A stretch of 64,000 bases of DNA from a virus (taxonomy: Duplodnaviria > Caudoviricetes): the IMG/VR virus record IMGVR_UViG_3300021425_002620. One strand, 5' to 3'. The notes beneath the pieces were generated by a model. That model saw nothing but the letters and a program-made list of their open reading frames with translations, ran no database searches and was not told the DNA's origin. Positions within the stretch are counted from its first letter, which is position 1, and the number at the start of each line of letters is the position of its first letter. Positions 1-9,930 of the stretch are shown here, piece by piece. The position numbers and the translations under genes are program-made.

Positions 1-477
1 ACGCTTGTTAACTTTCTGTGACTCTTCGTAGTGACGTTTGATATCTTCCATTTGCAGTTCTTGAATATGAACACTACCGCTTGTACCAGGAGTGCCTGAA
101 CTTACACGGTGAATCATTGTACGGCTTTCAGGTAATACAACTCGTTTACCTTCTGTACCTGCTTGTGCTAAGAAACTGCCCATTGAACATGCTTGACCCA
201 TTACAATAGTGCGTACATCACATTTAATAAACTGCATGGTATCATAAATTGCTAGTCCTGCTGTTACAGCACCGCCTGGTGAATTAATATACAAATTAAT
301 ATCTTTATCAGGGTTTTCACTTTCTAAAAATAACATTTGTGCTACAATTAGATTTGCCATATTATCCTCAACAGGACCATTTAGCATAATAATACGATCT
401 TTCAGCAATCGACTGTAAATATCGTATGAACGTTCTCCTCGAGCTTCTTGCTCAACTACCATAGGTATAAGTGGCAT
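1..477 (-). CDS. clpP: ATP-dependent Clp protease proteolytic subunit, 3'-truncated by window edge
   Basis: Hand-translated, absent from track: [30 protein letters not shown]...YINSPGG...[10 protein letters not shown]...RTMIHR; ATG overlaps upstream TAA at 477. Confidence 0.95.
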   Translation of the reverse strand, partial: MPLIPMVVEQEARGERSYDIYSRLLKDRIIMLNGPVEDNMANLIVAQMLFLESENPDKDINLYINSPGGAVTAGLAIYDTMQFIKCDVRTIVMGQACSMGSFLAQAGTEGKRVVLPESRTMIHRVSSGTPGTSGSVHIQELQMEDIKRHYEESQKVNKR

Positions 478-713
478 TAGTATCTCCCCTTTGTATTAAC
501 TGATCTAATAACTTTAGGACCAGTAGTTGTTAATTCCATTCCATGTATGCTACCAACATAAATTCGGCCAGTCCATTTCATATGAATCTTTTCCCCGGCA
601 ACGAATGCGTTAAGCGATACGTTTTCTTTTAAGTCTGCTACTTCAGCTTCTATTGTAACATCAGTACGAGTGTTTGTCAACTGTGCTGTAGTACTGTAAA
701 TATCTTGTCTCAT
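477..713 (-). CDS. hypothetical protein
   Basis: Track ORF, stop/start coupled to neighbours. Confidence 0.7.
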   Translation of the reverse strand: MRQDIYSTTAQLTNTRTDVTIEAEVADLKENVSLNAFVAGEKIHMKWTGRIYVGSIHGMELTTTGPKVIRSVNTKGRY

Positions 714-982
714 TTTTTTCCTAACAATTTTAAATTTAATACGAAGTTCTCAACTAATAGTTTAACAATAATTGCGCCATCTGTCAAGTGATTTCTTTCC
801 ATTTGTAGCACATGTGTTGCCATCATTATGTAGGCTTGTTCTTCTGTTATCGCAAGTTCGCCCCAGTCAATTGGATCGACACCCTCGCATTCTTTTGCAA
901 GTATAACAAGATTTCGGATTGCTTCGTCGTCTACATCAAACATATTTTGATGATTTTCTGCATCTTCTCTAAGTGTACTCAT
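710..982 (-). CDS. hypothetical protein
   Basis: Track ORF, ATGA overlaps. Confidence 0.7.
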   Translation of the reverse strand: MSTLREDAENHQNMFDVDDEAIRNLVILAKECEGVDPIDWGELAITEEQAYIMMATHVLQMERNHLTDGAIIVKLLVENFVLNLKLLGKK

Positions 983-1296
983 CGTTTAAATAACTCCCAG
1001 AATCTTCCAAGTAATATTAGTGCGCCTCCAAAAGCAAACCATCCAAAGACAGCACCAAATCCATCATAATACCAAATAAATGGCATTGCACCTATCCATA
1101 CTGCTTTAGCAGTATAACTTTTCCAGTTCCATAACACATAAAGCAAGCCATCGAAACTCCATAGTTTTTCAGGTTTTTCTGGTCCAAAGTCTAATTTAGC
1201 ATCTCCATATTGGTTTTTAAACCAACCTAAACGCCAAAATATCAAGCAAGGTAAACCTATGACAAGTAGTATTCCTAGTACTTCGTGTAACTCCAT
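979..1296 (-). CDS. hypothetical membrane protein
   Basis: Several hydrophobic, Trp-rich segments; coupled to neighbours. Confidence 0.7.
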   Translation of the reverse strand: MELHEVLGILLVIGLPCLIFWRLGWFKNQYGDAKLDFGPEKPEKLWSFDGLLYVLWNWKSYTAKAVWIGAMPFIWYYDGFGAVFGWFAFGGALILLGRFWELFKR

Positions 1297-1709
1297 TATA
1301 CTACATAACTCTGTACTAAGTTCATTGCAACTGCTGTACCGCTGATACTCGAGCCAATCATAATAGCTCTGTCACTCCATACCATGCCAACAAACACCCA
1401 GCACATGCTGGATACGAGATATGCTATTTGACCGTACTGTGTAAAGCCTGCGCTAATTGTAAATACACCTGCTACAGCGAGTATAGTAGCGATCCACTTT
1501 ACATACCAGTCTGGTGTACCAGTAGGAGTAGTAGGCGTTAAGTCTTCTACTTCTGTTTGCAGTTCAGCAAGTTCCGCTTTCAGTCGCTTTCGTTCTTTAG
1601 ACAATTCCATCGCAAGGTTGCGAGCTCTTGTCTGCGAAGAGATCTCTTTGTATTCTTCTTGCGTTGTTTTGTCGTCTAATTCCAATTCTTCAATCCCAGA
1701 GGTTTTCAT
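1296..1709 (-). CDS. hypothetical membrane protein (coiled coil plus C-terminal TM segments)
   Basis: Track ORF 1296..1736; ATG at 1709 preferred to reduce overlap. Confidence 0.7.
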   Translation of the reverse strand: MKTSGIEELELDDKTTQEEYKEISSQTRARNLAMELSKERKRLKAELAELQTEVEDLTPTTPTGTPDWYVKWIATILAVAGVFTISAGFTQYGQIAYLVSSMCWVFVGMVWSDRAIMIGSSISGTAVAMNLVQSYVV

Positions 1710-2343
1710 AATATTTTCCAAATAGTCGGAACCCATTACTTATTCTTTCTTGATATTTCTTTCTACCTTCCCAATCATACTCTCTAGTATGCTTAGGTCC
1801 ATTTACCATTTCGTAGTTACCATCTTCCAGTTTCTTCCACTGTAGATCGCTTTCACCTGACTCGAACTGTTCTTCCCAGCGTCCATCATCTACTTTAGTT
1901 TCAAACGCAAAGATCATTTCGTCTAACACCCAATCCCAACGTTCAAAGTGTGTGCTGTCAGTTTCGTGATTGTCTTTCTGTTTCTTAGTCTGCTTCTTAG
2001 GCTGTAGCTCTTTAGGCACATCCTTAGGATCAACAAATGGAGCACCGTGCTTGGTTTCTTTTAGTTGTTTGAGCATGGGAAGCACAATAAGGGCAAGAGT
2101 ATGATCCATACTCCACGTATCCCAGCGGTCTATGCGTACTTTTACTGTCTGTGTGCGTCTGTCAAACCAAATCCAGTTGAACACATTGTAAAAGTCTTGT
2201 ACACGATCCTCCAGCCATTCAAGACTGCGTTCGAATCGTGTTTGTTCTGTGGGCCAATCCACGTAGCCATATTTACGATCCATATAACGAGTATGGAATC
2301 GAGACATAAGTCTGTTAGGATAATTAGAAATTTTAACCTTCAT
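1690..2343 (-). CDS. hypothetical phage protein
   Basis: 217-aa ORF in the minus-strand gene run. Confidence 0.75.
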   Translation of the reverse strand: MKVKISNYPNRLMSRFHTRYMDRKYGYVDWPTEQTRFERSLEWLEDRVQDFYNVFNWIWFDRRTQTVKVRIDRWDTWSMDHTLALIVLPMLKQLKETKHGAPFVDPKDVPKELQPKKQTKKQKDNHETDSTHFERWDWVLDEMIFAFETKVDDGRWEEQFESGESDLQWKKLEDGNYEMVNGPKHTREYDWEGRKKYQERISNGFRLFGKYYENLWD

Positions 2344-2536
2344 AATAATCTACCACCATTACCATCTCTGGCCTGTCAGGATGTTGAAATGTTTTTGCAA
2401 ACTCCATTGCTTCTTCTGCATCTTCAAACAGTTCAGGTTGCAAGTCCCAACAGTGCTCTGTTTGTTTAGTAACATAAATCCAATCGTCCTTGCCGTCAAG
2501 ACATACCATCACTGCGTACATGCTTCTTCTCCTCAT
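2333..2536 (-). CDS. hypothetical protein
   Basis: Track ORF in operon. Confidence 0.55.
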   Translation of the reverse strand: MRRRSMYAVMVCLDGKDDWIYVTKQTEHCWDLQPELFEDAEEAMEFAKTFQHPDRPEMVMVVDYYEG

Positions 2537-2768
2537 AATCGTGCATTAACATTGTCAGTTCGTCTACAGGTGTAGTTGTGCTTAATATTTCAGGACACTT
2601 CGTTGCCAAGTAGTCTAGGTTATAGCCACCTGGATAATGTCGTAAACAATAGTATGCCTGTTGTCTAATAGCCTTAGGCACACGAGGCGTTTTCTTAGGA
2701 TCTAGTAGATCAACAAGAAACTGTTCAGTTCTTTGTAGAGCATGATATCGTTCGCAAGGTAGTGTCAT
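2496..2768 (-). CDS. hypothetical protein
   Basis: Start MTLPCERY at 2768, ATGA overlap with upstream stop. Confidence 0.7.
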   Translation of the reverse strand: MTLPCERYHALQRTEQFLVDLLDPKKTPRVPKAIRQQAYYCLRHYPGGYNLDYLATKCPEILSTTTPVDELTMLMHDYEEKKHVRSDGMS

Positions 2769-3160
2769 GATAAATCCGTGATTAGCAAATAGTTTTCCCA
2801 TGCTTTTTGTTGCGCAGGAGTATGATCTTCTTGTGGTACAACACACTCTAACCAGTGATATGGCATTCTTGGAGGATGAGCACCAAACTGACGAGGCTGA
2901 TGTAACTTACCTGTTTTGTATAGTTCCATTAGGATATCGTGCATTTCTCGTTCTCTATCTTCTAGGCCTGACCACTCTGCACGGCTAAGTCCACCGTACA
3001 AGTAACCTTCCCAAATCTGACTCCAGTGTTCATCATTGAAAGGATCTACATCTGTACGTGCTACAATAACTAGCACATCGTGTAGATCTACTTTATTTTC
3101 AAGAATGTCGCGCATACAGCGACTAAGGCTTAGACCTATTTTCATTGTTTTCTTACCCAT
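2765..3160 (-). CDS. hypothetical protein
   Basis: Track ORF in operon. Confidence 0.7.
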   Translation of the reverse strand: MGKKTMKIGLSLSRCMRDILENKVDLHDVLVIVARTDVDPFNDEHWSQIWEGYLYGGLSRAEWSGLEDREREMHDILMELYKTGKLHQPRQFGAHPPRMPYHWLECVVPQEDHTPAQQKAWENYLLITDLS

Positions 3161-3372
3161 CTATAAAATTCATGTTCAAAATTTTGTCCTACGTACAAGT
3201 TTTCAAAGTAGAATGTATCCTCGTATATGTCCGTCCATTTCACATGATTCCATTCGCACTTTTCTAACTGCTTGCACCAATCCTTTGCTTTACTTCTTAA
3301 GTCACTGTGTATAGGAACAGTATAACCCGGCATCCAACGTTGCTTGTATTCAAATATTTCTTGTGGTGTCAT
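3142..3372 (-). CDS. hypothetical protein
   Basis: Start MTPQEIF at 3372, TAATG overlap. Confidence 0.7.
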   Translation of the reverse strand: MTPQEIFEYKQRWMPGYTVPIHSDLRSKAKDWCKQLEKCEWNHVKWTDIYEDTFYFENLYVGQNFEHEFYRWVRKQ

Positions 3373-3605
3373 TAGTGTATAGTCTCCGAAAAATCGTCTT
3401 GCCAAAAATCATCTTCTTCACGCTCTTCTTCGAAGTTCATTCCGAAGTACTGTTCCATAATTACAATTATTGCTTCAGGTACTTCATCCTCGTCACTTCC
3501 GTCTGGTATAAACAATCCTTTTAGTTTTCCATCACCATCAATTACAATAGCCCAATCATCATTACCTAGTTGTTCTTCTAATGTTTTCTTTTTATCATCG
3601 TCCAT
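3372..3605 (-). CDS. hypothetical acidic protein
   Basis: Track ORF in operon. Confidence 0.7.
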   Translation of the reverse strand: MDDDKKKTLEEQLGNDDWAIVIDGDGKLKGLFIPDGSDEDEVPEAIIVIMEQYFGMNFEEEREEDDFWQDDFSETIH

Positions 3606-4044
3606 AAGAATAGTCCCCTATTGCTACTAGGTCGTCAATATCTTTAGCAATGAACTTGCCGTTAGTAATTCGCATAACAACATTACATCCACTAGACCTA
3701 ATATACTGTCGGCCGCCGTCAATCATTTTGTCTCCTACTACCTTATAATCATGATGTGATTGACTGTAATAGTACTTACCGTCTACTTCGATCATACCAA
3801 ACTCAAGTGACTCTACAATGTCTGCGTTTGTAATCATAAGATGACCTCTAACGTGATCGTGATACAAGCCAAAATAACGATTACCAAACTCAGGATGAGG
3901 CGTTTCTCTATAATACACATCAACAGGCACATCACTAGCATTAAGATCTGTAGTGCAAACATATGTCACAGGTACTCCGTCTTTTTTACTATAATGTTCT
4001 GTAATAAGTGCTACATCAAAATTGGGTTTATGTTCAATGTTCAT
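3595..4044 (-). CDS. hypothetical phage protein
   Basis: 149-aa ORF in operon. Confidence 0.7.
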   Translation of the reverse strand: MNIEHKPNFDVALITEHYSKKDGVPVTYVCTTDLNASDVPVDVYYRETPHPEFGNRYFGLYHDHVRGHLMITNADIVESLEFGMIEVDGKYYYSQSHHDYKVVGDKMIDGGRQYIRSSGCNVVMRITNGKFIAKDIDDLVAIGDYSYGR

Positions 4045-4240
4045 TTGGTCTCATACCTTTTCGTGTAAATTCTTTTGCTCTTTTATTAAGATCCTTATCG
4101 CTCAACTTGCTAGTTGCAAGATGTTGTTTCCATTCTTTTAGTAATTTTTTACTCTGCTCTTTAGAGAGTTTGTTCTGGGTCATCAGCACGTACCTTTTTT
4201 GCAATATTTTTATAAATGCCTGGATTGACATGCAATACAT
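4034..4240 (-). CDS. hypothetical basic protein (true start probably near 4183)
   Basis: Fills the gap between tilS and the next ORF. Confidence 0.5.
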   Translation of the reverse strand: MYCMSIQAFIKILQKRYVLMTQNKLSKEQSKKLLKEWKQHLATSKLSDKDLNKRAKEFTRKGMRPNEH

Positions 4241-4769
4241 GAGGCATCATTTCATGCCTAATATAGTTTCTAGTATAACACGTATCTGTGTTGCTGTCAT
4301 CCTCTACATAAGGTACTTGTTTTAAATTTTTCCAAAGTTCTAAGTCACGTTTGCGGGTAAGGCGAAAAGGACGAATAACATTACGATTGCGATACGGAAT
4401 AATTTTTCCTTGTCCATGCATACTGCTCCATACCCATGTTTCTACACAATCATCTAAATGATGTGCTGTAATAATTGGTGCGTCAATACTATGAAAGAAT
4501 TTGTATCTTTCATTACGCCAAAATTCTTCTGGGCTTTGTTCTTTAGGTTTTTCTTTGTTAAGAACACCTAGAAGTAACGGAATAGAGTTTACATGACAAT
4601 ACCAATTGACAAACTCATGTGCTTGGTCACTAGCTAGTGTTCCATGATTGTAGAAGCATATAGTTACATCGTGATTATTACGCAAAAAGTCAACAATAGC
4701 CATACTGTCGACTCCGCCACTACATGCTACAAAAACTTCTCTTGGTAACTTAGTTTGAAGTTTGATCAT
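4161..4769 (-). CDS. tilS: tRNA(Ile)-lysidine synthetase, short PP-loop form
   Basis: VACSGGVDSMA PP-loop, RxxRY, TAHHLDD, RP, DDSNTDTCYTRNYIRH motifs. Confidence 0.9.
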   Translation of the reverse strand: MIKLQTKLPREVFVACSGGVDSMAIVDFLRNNHDVTICFYNHGTLASDQAHEFVNWYCHVNSIPLLLGVLNKEKPKEQSPEEFWRNERYKFFHSIDAPIITAHHLDDCVETWVWSSMHGQGKIIPYRNRNVIRPFRLTRKRDLELWKNLKQVPYVEDDSNTDTCYTRNYIRHEMMPHVLHVNPGIYKNIAKKVRADDPEQTL

Positions 4770-4968
4770 CGCACCACTCGGTCCAAGGGATGATCTCCAT
4801 ATTATTACCGTGCCCTTGTGTTTTAATTACTTTTTGCTCAATTAAACTATCGATCACTTTTTCAGCTACACTTTTTACAGCATATTTGTAACCAATATAA
4901 AGACCAAATAAAGTTCCTACAACATAAGCAAGAAGTAGCCAAGTATGATCTGCACTAAAAAAGTCCAT
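4750..4968 (-). CDS. hypothetical membrane protein
   Basis: One TM segment; start MDFFS at 4968. Confidence 0.65.
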   Translation of the reverse strand: MDFFSADHTWLLLAYVVGTLFGLYIGYKYAVKSVAEKVIDSLIEQKVIKTQGHGNNMEIIPWTEWCDDQTSN

Positions 4969-4969
4969 A

Positions 4970-5221
4970 TTAATTTCCTTCAATCTCACGAATTAATTTT
5001 TCGTTTTCTCTGTCAATTTCGTCCTTTGACATCTGCCAGGTAAGTCTTATCATCATAGCTAAACTCGGAATAATTATCATACTAGCAAGTATAGCAACAA
5101 ACCCCCACTTACCATATAAGTCTTCAGCAAAGTTAGCAATCGAAAAGGCAATTACCACGTATACCATCATACCAATTGGTTCTGCAATTTTACGCAGAAA
5201 ACGTTTTGTAACTCTATCCAT
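4970..5221 (-). CDS. hypothetical membrane protein
   Basis: Two TM segments. Confidence 0.65.
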   Translation of the reverse strand: MDRVTKRFLRKIAEPIGMMVYVVIAFSIANFAEDLYGKWGFVAILASMIIIPSLAMMIRLTWQMSKDEIDRENEKLIREIEGN

Positions 5222-5897
5222 TTTTAATCTCCATCATATCAAAAAGTTCATTCTTCCATAGTTGTGAAAATTCACAATTTCTGTAGTTTTCAAACCAAGG
5301 TCCACCTTCTGTGTAGTGTATCAACTTTGGATTCTCAATGTCATCATAAACTCCAACAAGGTAATTCCAAGTATGATCTAATTTGCCAATTTCTTCATCT
5401 GTTAACCAACTAAATCTATGCAGATATGCTCCGTTTATTTCTGGACTATTTACTAAGTCCATTGTAAGTGCAGCATTACTTGGATGCGCACAATTAAACA
5501 ACATTACACTTGACCAGTTTTTACGTGGATATGTAGTTTGCTTTTGTCCATCCATTTTAAAACGTTCTTTAGGTGTGTAATCATGTTGTACACACATGAC
5601 AGCATATTGATCATCTGTTTGATCAAACAGCTCTTTAATGTCTGTTGTAAGGATCATGTCGCAATCCATAAACAGTGCCCAACCCTTATAGTCTGCAAGA
5701 GCTGGAACTAAGAATCTTGTAAAAGTAAATTCTGTACTTGCTAATTTGTCAACATCCCTGTAATACCAACCTGCATCACGTAGTTCTTTTTGATTTAAAG
5801 GACTTACTTCTGCATTAGGTTGCTTTGATAAGATACTATGCTTACACACTTGATAAGCAATATCTTCTCTTGTATCATATCCTATGAATACCTTCAT
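5214..5897 (-). CDS. glycosyltransferase (GT-A fold, GT8/CDI-like)
   Basis: VFIGYD, STEFTFTRFLVP, FMDCDM (DxD), RKNWSS, HYTEGGPWF motifs. Confidence 0.85.
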   Translation of the reverse strand: MKVFIGYDTREDIAYQVCKHSILSKQPNAEVSPLNQKELRDAGWYYRDVDKLASTEFTFTRFLVPALADYKGWALFMDCDMILTTDIKELFDQTDDQYAVMCVQHDYTPKERFKMDGQKQTTYPRKNWSSVMLFNCAHPSNAALTMDLVNSPEINGAYLHRFSWLTDEEIGKLDHTWNYLVGVYDDIENPKLIHYTEGGPWFENYRNCEFSQLWKNELFDMMEIKNG

Positions 5898-5898
5898 T

Positions 5899-6774
5899 TT
5901 AAACCTTATATAATCTTACGTAGTTTAAACGAGACTCGTCTGCGCTAAACATACGGTTTTTACTTTGAGCTTTTACTTTGGCTTTGATTCGTTTCATTGT
6001 GCCAACTTCGTGTGCATACTTGTTCATAAAACTAACAAGGTTGCCATCCATAACTGCAACATAGTTATAAGACTCCCAGCGAGAACTCCAAACTCTATCA
6101 AGAAACTTAATAACGCCTTCTACTGAATCGCCTACGTTGCCTACGTATTTGCTGTCGCGATACTCTACACGAATTTCTTTTTTAAGACCTGACTCTTGCA
6201 TATCACGTTTAATAAACTGCGGAGCAAATGCAATACGTCCCATACCAACAACACGAACTTCATCTTGCGACAGTTCTTTTACCATGTCTGCTTTAAAGTC
6301 ATCTAGATCGCCAAGGCCTAGCATTACATAACGCTTCATCCACTTGCGAGCTTCTTCTACTTTAGCATAATCTTCTTCAGTAGGTTCAAACATTACAAAG
6401 TCTGTAGGAAGATACTGTGCTTCGTTAGTGTTTAATTTCTTAGTCCAGTAGTAACGAACAAGACTTTTGTTATCAAACTGTGTTGGATTGTCTTCACTGA
6501 AGCGACGAGTATCTTTGATATATTGTTCGTTGTTAATGCGAAATGCCGCATATGCTACAGCAAGAGCTTCTGTAAGGGGTACAGTCTTAGGAGGAAGAGG
6601 CTTATCGTAACGAACCTGTTTGCCAGACTCGTCTGCAAGCTCGTATTCAAGTTCCCAACGTTTGAACTCGCTCTTGCTCATTGATCCCCAATCTAGTGTA
6701 TTTGGATCTGGAAGTGTATTTTTCTTCATTTGATTTGCCCATCCAATTGGTTTATAAATTGTCGTTGCTGACAT
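5899..6774 (-). CDS. hypothetical protein, possible C-terminal OB-like domain
   Basis: 291-aa ORF; beta-rich C-terminus. Confidence 0.65.
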   Translation of the reverse strand: MSATTIYKPIGWANQMKKNTLPDPNTLDWGSMSKSEFKRWELEYELADESGKQVRYDKPLPPKTVPLTEALAVAYAAFRINNEQYIKDTRRFSEDNPTQFDNKSLVRYYWTKKLNTNEAQYLPTDFVMFEPTEEDYAKVEEARKWMKRYVMLGLGDLDDFKADMVKELSQDEVRVVGMGRIAFAPQFIKRDMQESGLKKEIRVEYRDSKYVGNVGDSVEGVIKFLDRVWSSRWESYNYVAVMDGNLVSFMNKYAHEVGTMKRIKAKVKAQSKNRMFSADESRLNYVRLYKV

Positions 6775-7162
6775 GTTGTGCCTCTTCCAATTTGCCTATT
6801 AACTCTTCTATAGTATATACTGTTTCTCCGTCTGTGTCAACCGAAAAAACATGATAATGATAACCTTTGATAGTTTCGTTAATCTGTTCTAGAATTTTAT
6901 CTTCTGTTTCGTAAACCCATTCTGTAAAGCCACGTCCTTCAAATTGAATAGCATATCCAAATTGATTCTTAAGTGTCTTTTCAAGTTCCTTAACAGGATT
7001 GTCTTCACCATACCACACACGATTAAATGTAGCAAGGTGACTCTTACCTGGAAATGAGTTTTGGTATGTGCCAAGTCTTACCTTGGCACTGCGAAATGAT
7101 GTTATTCCAATCTTGTTAGCATCACTGCCAAACGGGTCACGCATTAAGTATAAAAGTTTCAT
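6752..7162 (-). CDS. GIY-YIG superfamily (T5orf172-like) protein
   Basis: LYLM...KIGIT...VRLGTYQ...E motif spacing. Confidence 0.55.
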   Translation of the reverse strand: MKLLYLMRDPFGSDANKIGITSFRSAKVRLGTYQNSFPGKSHLATFNRVWYGEDNPVKELEKTLKNQFGYAIQFEGRGFTEWVYETEDKILEQINETIKGYHYHVFSVDTDGETVYTIEELIGKLEEAQHVSNDNL

Positions 7163-7725
7163 TCTAGTACCTCAAAAAAATTGTTAAAAGACTCACTTGC
7201 AAGTTTAGGCAAGTATTCTGCACCAGGCAATTGGTCCCAATCTCTGTAAAATATAGTATCCTTGTTGCCTTCTTTAAATACATCAATTGTATGAACATAT
7301 CTAATGTTTGAAATCGTTTCAAACAGTGTTTCAATTACTGAATATGTTTGATTGCAATCTAATTTAAACAACTCAGTACCAATTACTTCTGGACCCGCAT
7401 AATATTTACGTAACAAACGATGTATTTGTGATTCTAGCCTTTTCACATTATTTCTTGAATTGGTTGTTACACTCCAAAAAAGTCTAGTGTCACTGCCTAC
7501 TTGATTATATGCACGTTGTCTGTTAGCAATGCTTTGTGCTTTTCCTATTTTGGTAAAATCTGATGGAAACCATTCACCATTAATTCTAAAGTAAGGTTTC
7601 ATTGCATATACACCCCATGGGCATCCTGTACCATAATCCAATTCTGTTGCAGTAACACAATATTCATTCATTAAGATTTCTCTAGTATCAAAAACATCAA
7701 TACCTTGCATAATTACCACCGACAC
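7159..7725 (-). CDS. GIY-YIG superfamily (T5orf172-like) protein
   Basis: GVYAM...TKIGKA...NRQRAYNQ...LESQIHRLL...TELF. Confidence 0.5.
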   Translation of the reverse strand: MSVVIMQGIDVFDTREILMNEYCVTATELDYGTGCPWGVYAMKPYFRINGEWFPSDFTKIGKAQSIANRQRAYNQVGSDTRLFWSVTTNSRNNVKRLESQIHRLLRKYYAGPEVIGTELFKLDCNQTYSVIETLFETISNIRYVHTIDVFKEGNKDTIFYRDWDQLPGAEYLPKLASESFNNFFEVLE

Positions 7726-8816
7726 TGTGCTGTTGGAAGTTGAATGCGTTTAATTTTCTTGTTGTACAAGTTAATAATCGCATCATACACACGCCACTGA
7801 TCGTGGTCTCGAGGCTCCTTAAAGCCATTTGTATGCAGTTCGTTGTAGTATTCGTCCTTAAGACTTTGCTGTACTGTGTTAGGATCGCCATACAACTTAA
7901 CAAACAAATTGCCTAGTTCAATATCAAACTGTTCGTCTAATACAAAGCCTTGTAATTCTGCTTCTTTGTAAAGCAGTGCCATAGGACGCCATACTTCTAG
8001 TTCTGCAGGTGCCAAGTCCCAGGTACGCTTATGGAACTGTAGAGCACGTTTGAAATATTTGCCCCTGCTACCATATTCGTCTGTCATATCAAAGATTGCT
8101 TGTCCACTCTTAATCTGACTAAATGCATTGTTTGTGTTTGCATTACGCTTAGGAGTAAATCCTGCGGCAGTTAAGATATTGTTCATTTGAACAGTATGTG
8201 TATCTTTTGTTTCTAACAAAATCATAAACTCATCGTATGCGTGTAGTTTACGCTTGTTACGACTGTTAATACGGATCATGTTCTGTCCTGCAAGCCACAC
8301 ACCGTATTCTACTTTGTCGTCAAATCCTGCGGCACTAACTTCGTCATCTGTGATTAAGTCGGTATCAATGTACCATACAGGAAACGCTGTATAATTTTGT
8401 CGCTTCATTGCTTGTGCAGTGTGATGTCCGTCCCACAGCATGTACTTGCCATTAATTTTAATTGCTGTTGGAACAATCACACAGGTAGGATCAAAATCTT
8501 GTTCAATTTTGTATAAATGGTTTGGCGCAACATCACGTTGGAATCGCGGCCAAAGAAATAATTCTTCCCAAGTTACGTATGCAAATTTGACTACGCCATC
8601 GCGAGGATCAAATGGATCACGTTCTTGTGGATGTTTTTGAGGACCTAGCACAATATCAATTGCTTCTGCAATATCTGCTAGTGGAATAATACCATTCTCG
8701 TAGTTGTCTGCCATTGTACGTGTGTCAATAGCATCGTCTTTCATTTCAAAAGACACATTAAATTTAGATTGGTATTTGTTAATTTCAACCAGACGGTTGT
8801 AAGGTTTCGTTTTCAT
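7713..8816 (-). CDS. ParB/Srx-like N-terminal domain protein (DGQH-type)
   Basis: FQRDV...KIEQDFD...VPTAI...WDGHHT motif series. Confidence 0.6.
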   Translation of the reverse strand: MKTKPYNRLVEINKYQSKFNVSFEMKDDAIDTRTMADNYENGIIPLADIAEAIDIVLGPQKHPQERDPFDPRDGVVKFAYVTWEELFLWPRFQRDVAPNHLYKIEQDFDPTCVIVPTAIKINGKYMLWDGHHTAQAMKRQNYTAFPVWYIDTDLITDDEVSAAGFDDKVEYGVWLAGQNMIRINSRNKRKLHAYDEFMILLETKDTHTVQMNNILTAAGFTPKRNANTNNAFSQIKSGQAIFDMTDEYGSRGKYFKRALQFHKRTWDLAPAELEVWRPMALLYKEAELQGFVLDEQFDIELGNLFVKLYGDPNTVQQSLKDEYYNELHTNGFKEPRDHDQWRVYDAIINLYNKKIKRIQLPTAQCRW

Positions 8817-8883
8817 GTTTTTTCCTTTGCTACTTTACTTTTGCGTTTAGTGTAGTGCGTAACGAATTACTGGCTACAACTAT

Positions 8884-8911
8884 ATAATAACATCTATAGG
8901 TTAGATGTCAA
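8884..8911 (-). promoter_or_regulatory. sigma70-like promoter with palindrome in spacer
   Basis: TTGACA-N16-TATTAT; ACATCTA-N5-TAGATGT at 8890-8908. Confidence 0.6.
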
Positions 8912-8914
8912 CCA

Positions 8915-9394
8915 TTAAATGACTTCTTGAGTCCATTTATATTTTGCTAGATCGTTTGCTTCAGCCCACTGAATAAACAAGCCTGCTTCTCGGCCGTGTG
9001 CTTCAATTTCCCAAGGCATATCCCAATAGTTAAGATTTTTGCTAACCCACTTTCCTTGCCAACGTTGCTTTGCAAGACGTGTGCTGTCGTACAGCTCACC
9101 TTTTGCATACTGTTTAGCATGTACCATTTCATGTGCAACAGTTTCAAGAACTCTACGTAGACGCATATTCTTGTGTACTTCGATCATAAAATGTCGTGGA
9201 CGATCTGAACGTTCGGATTCGCCATCTGGATCAGAAGTACAAAATCCATACGCATGTTGCTTTGTGAGATCTTTTAGATGGATTCTAATTTCGACTACGT
9301 CTTTGATACGTGGCATAAACTTATCTACACAAAACTGTGCTAGACTAGCCACATGCTTTTTTTGACTCTTAGATCCACCAAATACTGTAATCAT
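8915..9394 (-). CDS. zincin-type metallopeptidase-like protein
   Basis: AHEMVH (HExxH) and PWEIEA motifs. Confidence 0.65.
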   Translation of the reverse strand: MITVFGGSKSQKKHVASLAQFCVDKFMPRIKDVVEIRIHLKDLTKQHAYGFCTSDPDGESERSDRPRHFMIEVHKNMRLRRVLETVAHEMVHAKQYAKGELYDSTRLAKQRWQGKWVSKNLNYWDMPWEIEAHGREAGLFIQWAEANDLAKYKWTQEVI

Positions 9395-9426
9395 TAGATT
9401 AGTTCCTTTGTTGTGTTTATTTGTAT

Positions 9427-9455
9427 ATTATACACTATTCAGGAGGTGTGGTCAA
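9427..9455 (-). promoter_or_regulatory. sigma70-like early promoter
   Basis: TTGACC-N17-TATAAT. Confidence 0.75.
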
Positions 9456-9498
9456 GTAAAATCGTAATTTTAAATTCTAGTAGAATCAATGACTTACG

Positions 9499-9717
9499 TT
9501 AAAGTCTGAAAATAATTCTGCCTTTTGACAGATCATATGGGCTCATTTCTACTCGTACTTTGTCGCCCAATATCATTCTTATTTTATACTGACGCATTTT
9601 TCCGCCCGTATATGCAGTTATTTCATGTCCGTTTTCCAAACGTACTTTGAACATTTGATTAGGGAGAACATTAACTATTTCTCCTTCTATTTCTAATAAC
9701 CCTTTATCTTTTGACAA
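9499..9717 (-). CDS. infA: translation initiation factor IF-1
   Basis: [26 protein letters not shown]...[33 protein letters not shown]. Confidence 0.97.
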   Translation of the reverse strand: MSKDKGLLEIEGEIVNVLPNQMFKVRLENGHEITAYTGGKMRQYKIRMILGDKVRVEMSPYDLSKGRIIFRL

Positions 9718-9726
9718 TTTTAGTTT

Positions 9727-9930
9727 TTACTCCTTGACCCAGTCAATTTTAATACCGCGTCTTTTTAGTTCGTTTATGCACTTTTGCTTTAATTTTGGCT
9801 TTGTGCTAGTTTTATTAATTGCTTCAAAAAGTTCTTCTTTTGAAGTATTTTTTATATAGTGTCGTTGTATGGACTTCTTACCTGTTTTTCTATCAACTGT
9901 TATCGAGTCCTCCTTGAATTTCACTGGCAT
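9727..9930 (-). CDS. hypothetical basic protein
   Basis: Track ORF. Confidence 0.65.
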   Translation of the reverse strand: MPVKFKEDSITVDRKTGKKSIQRHYIKNTSKEELFEAINKTSTKPKLKQKCINELKRRGIKIDWVKE

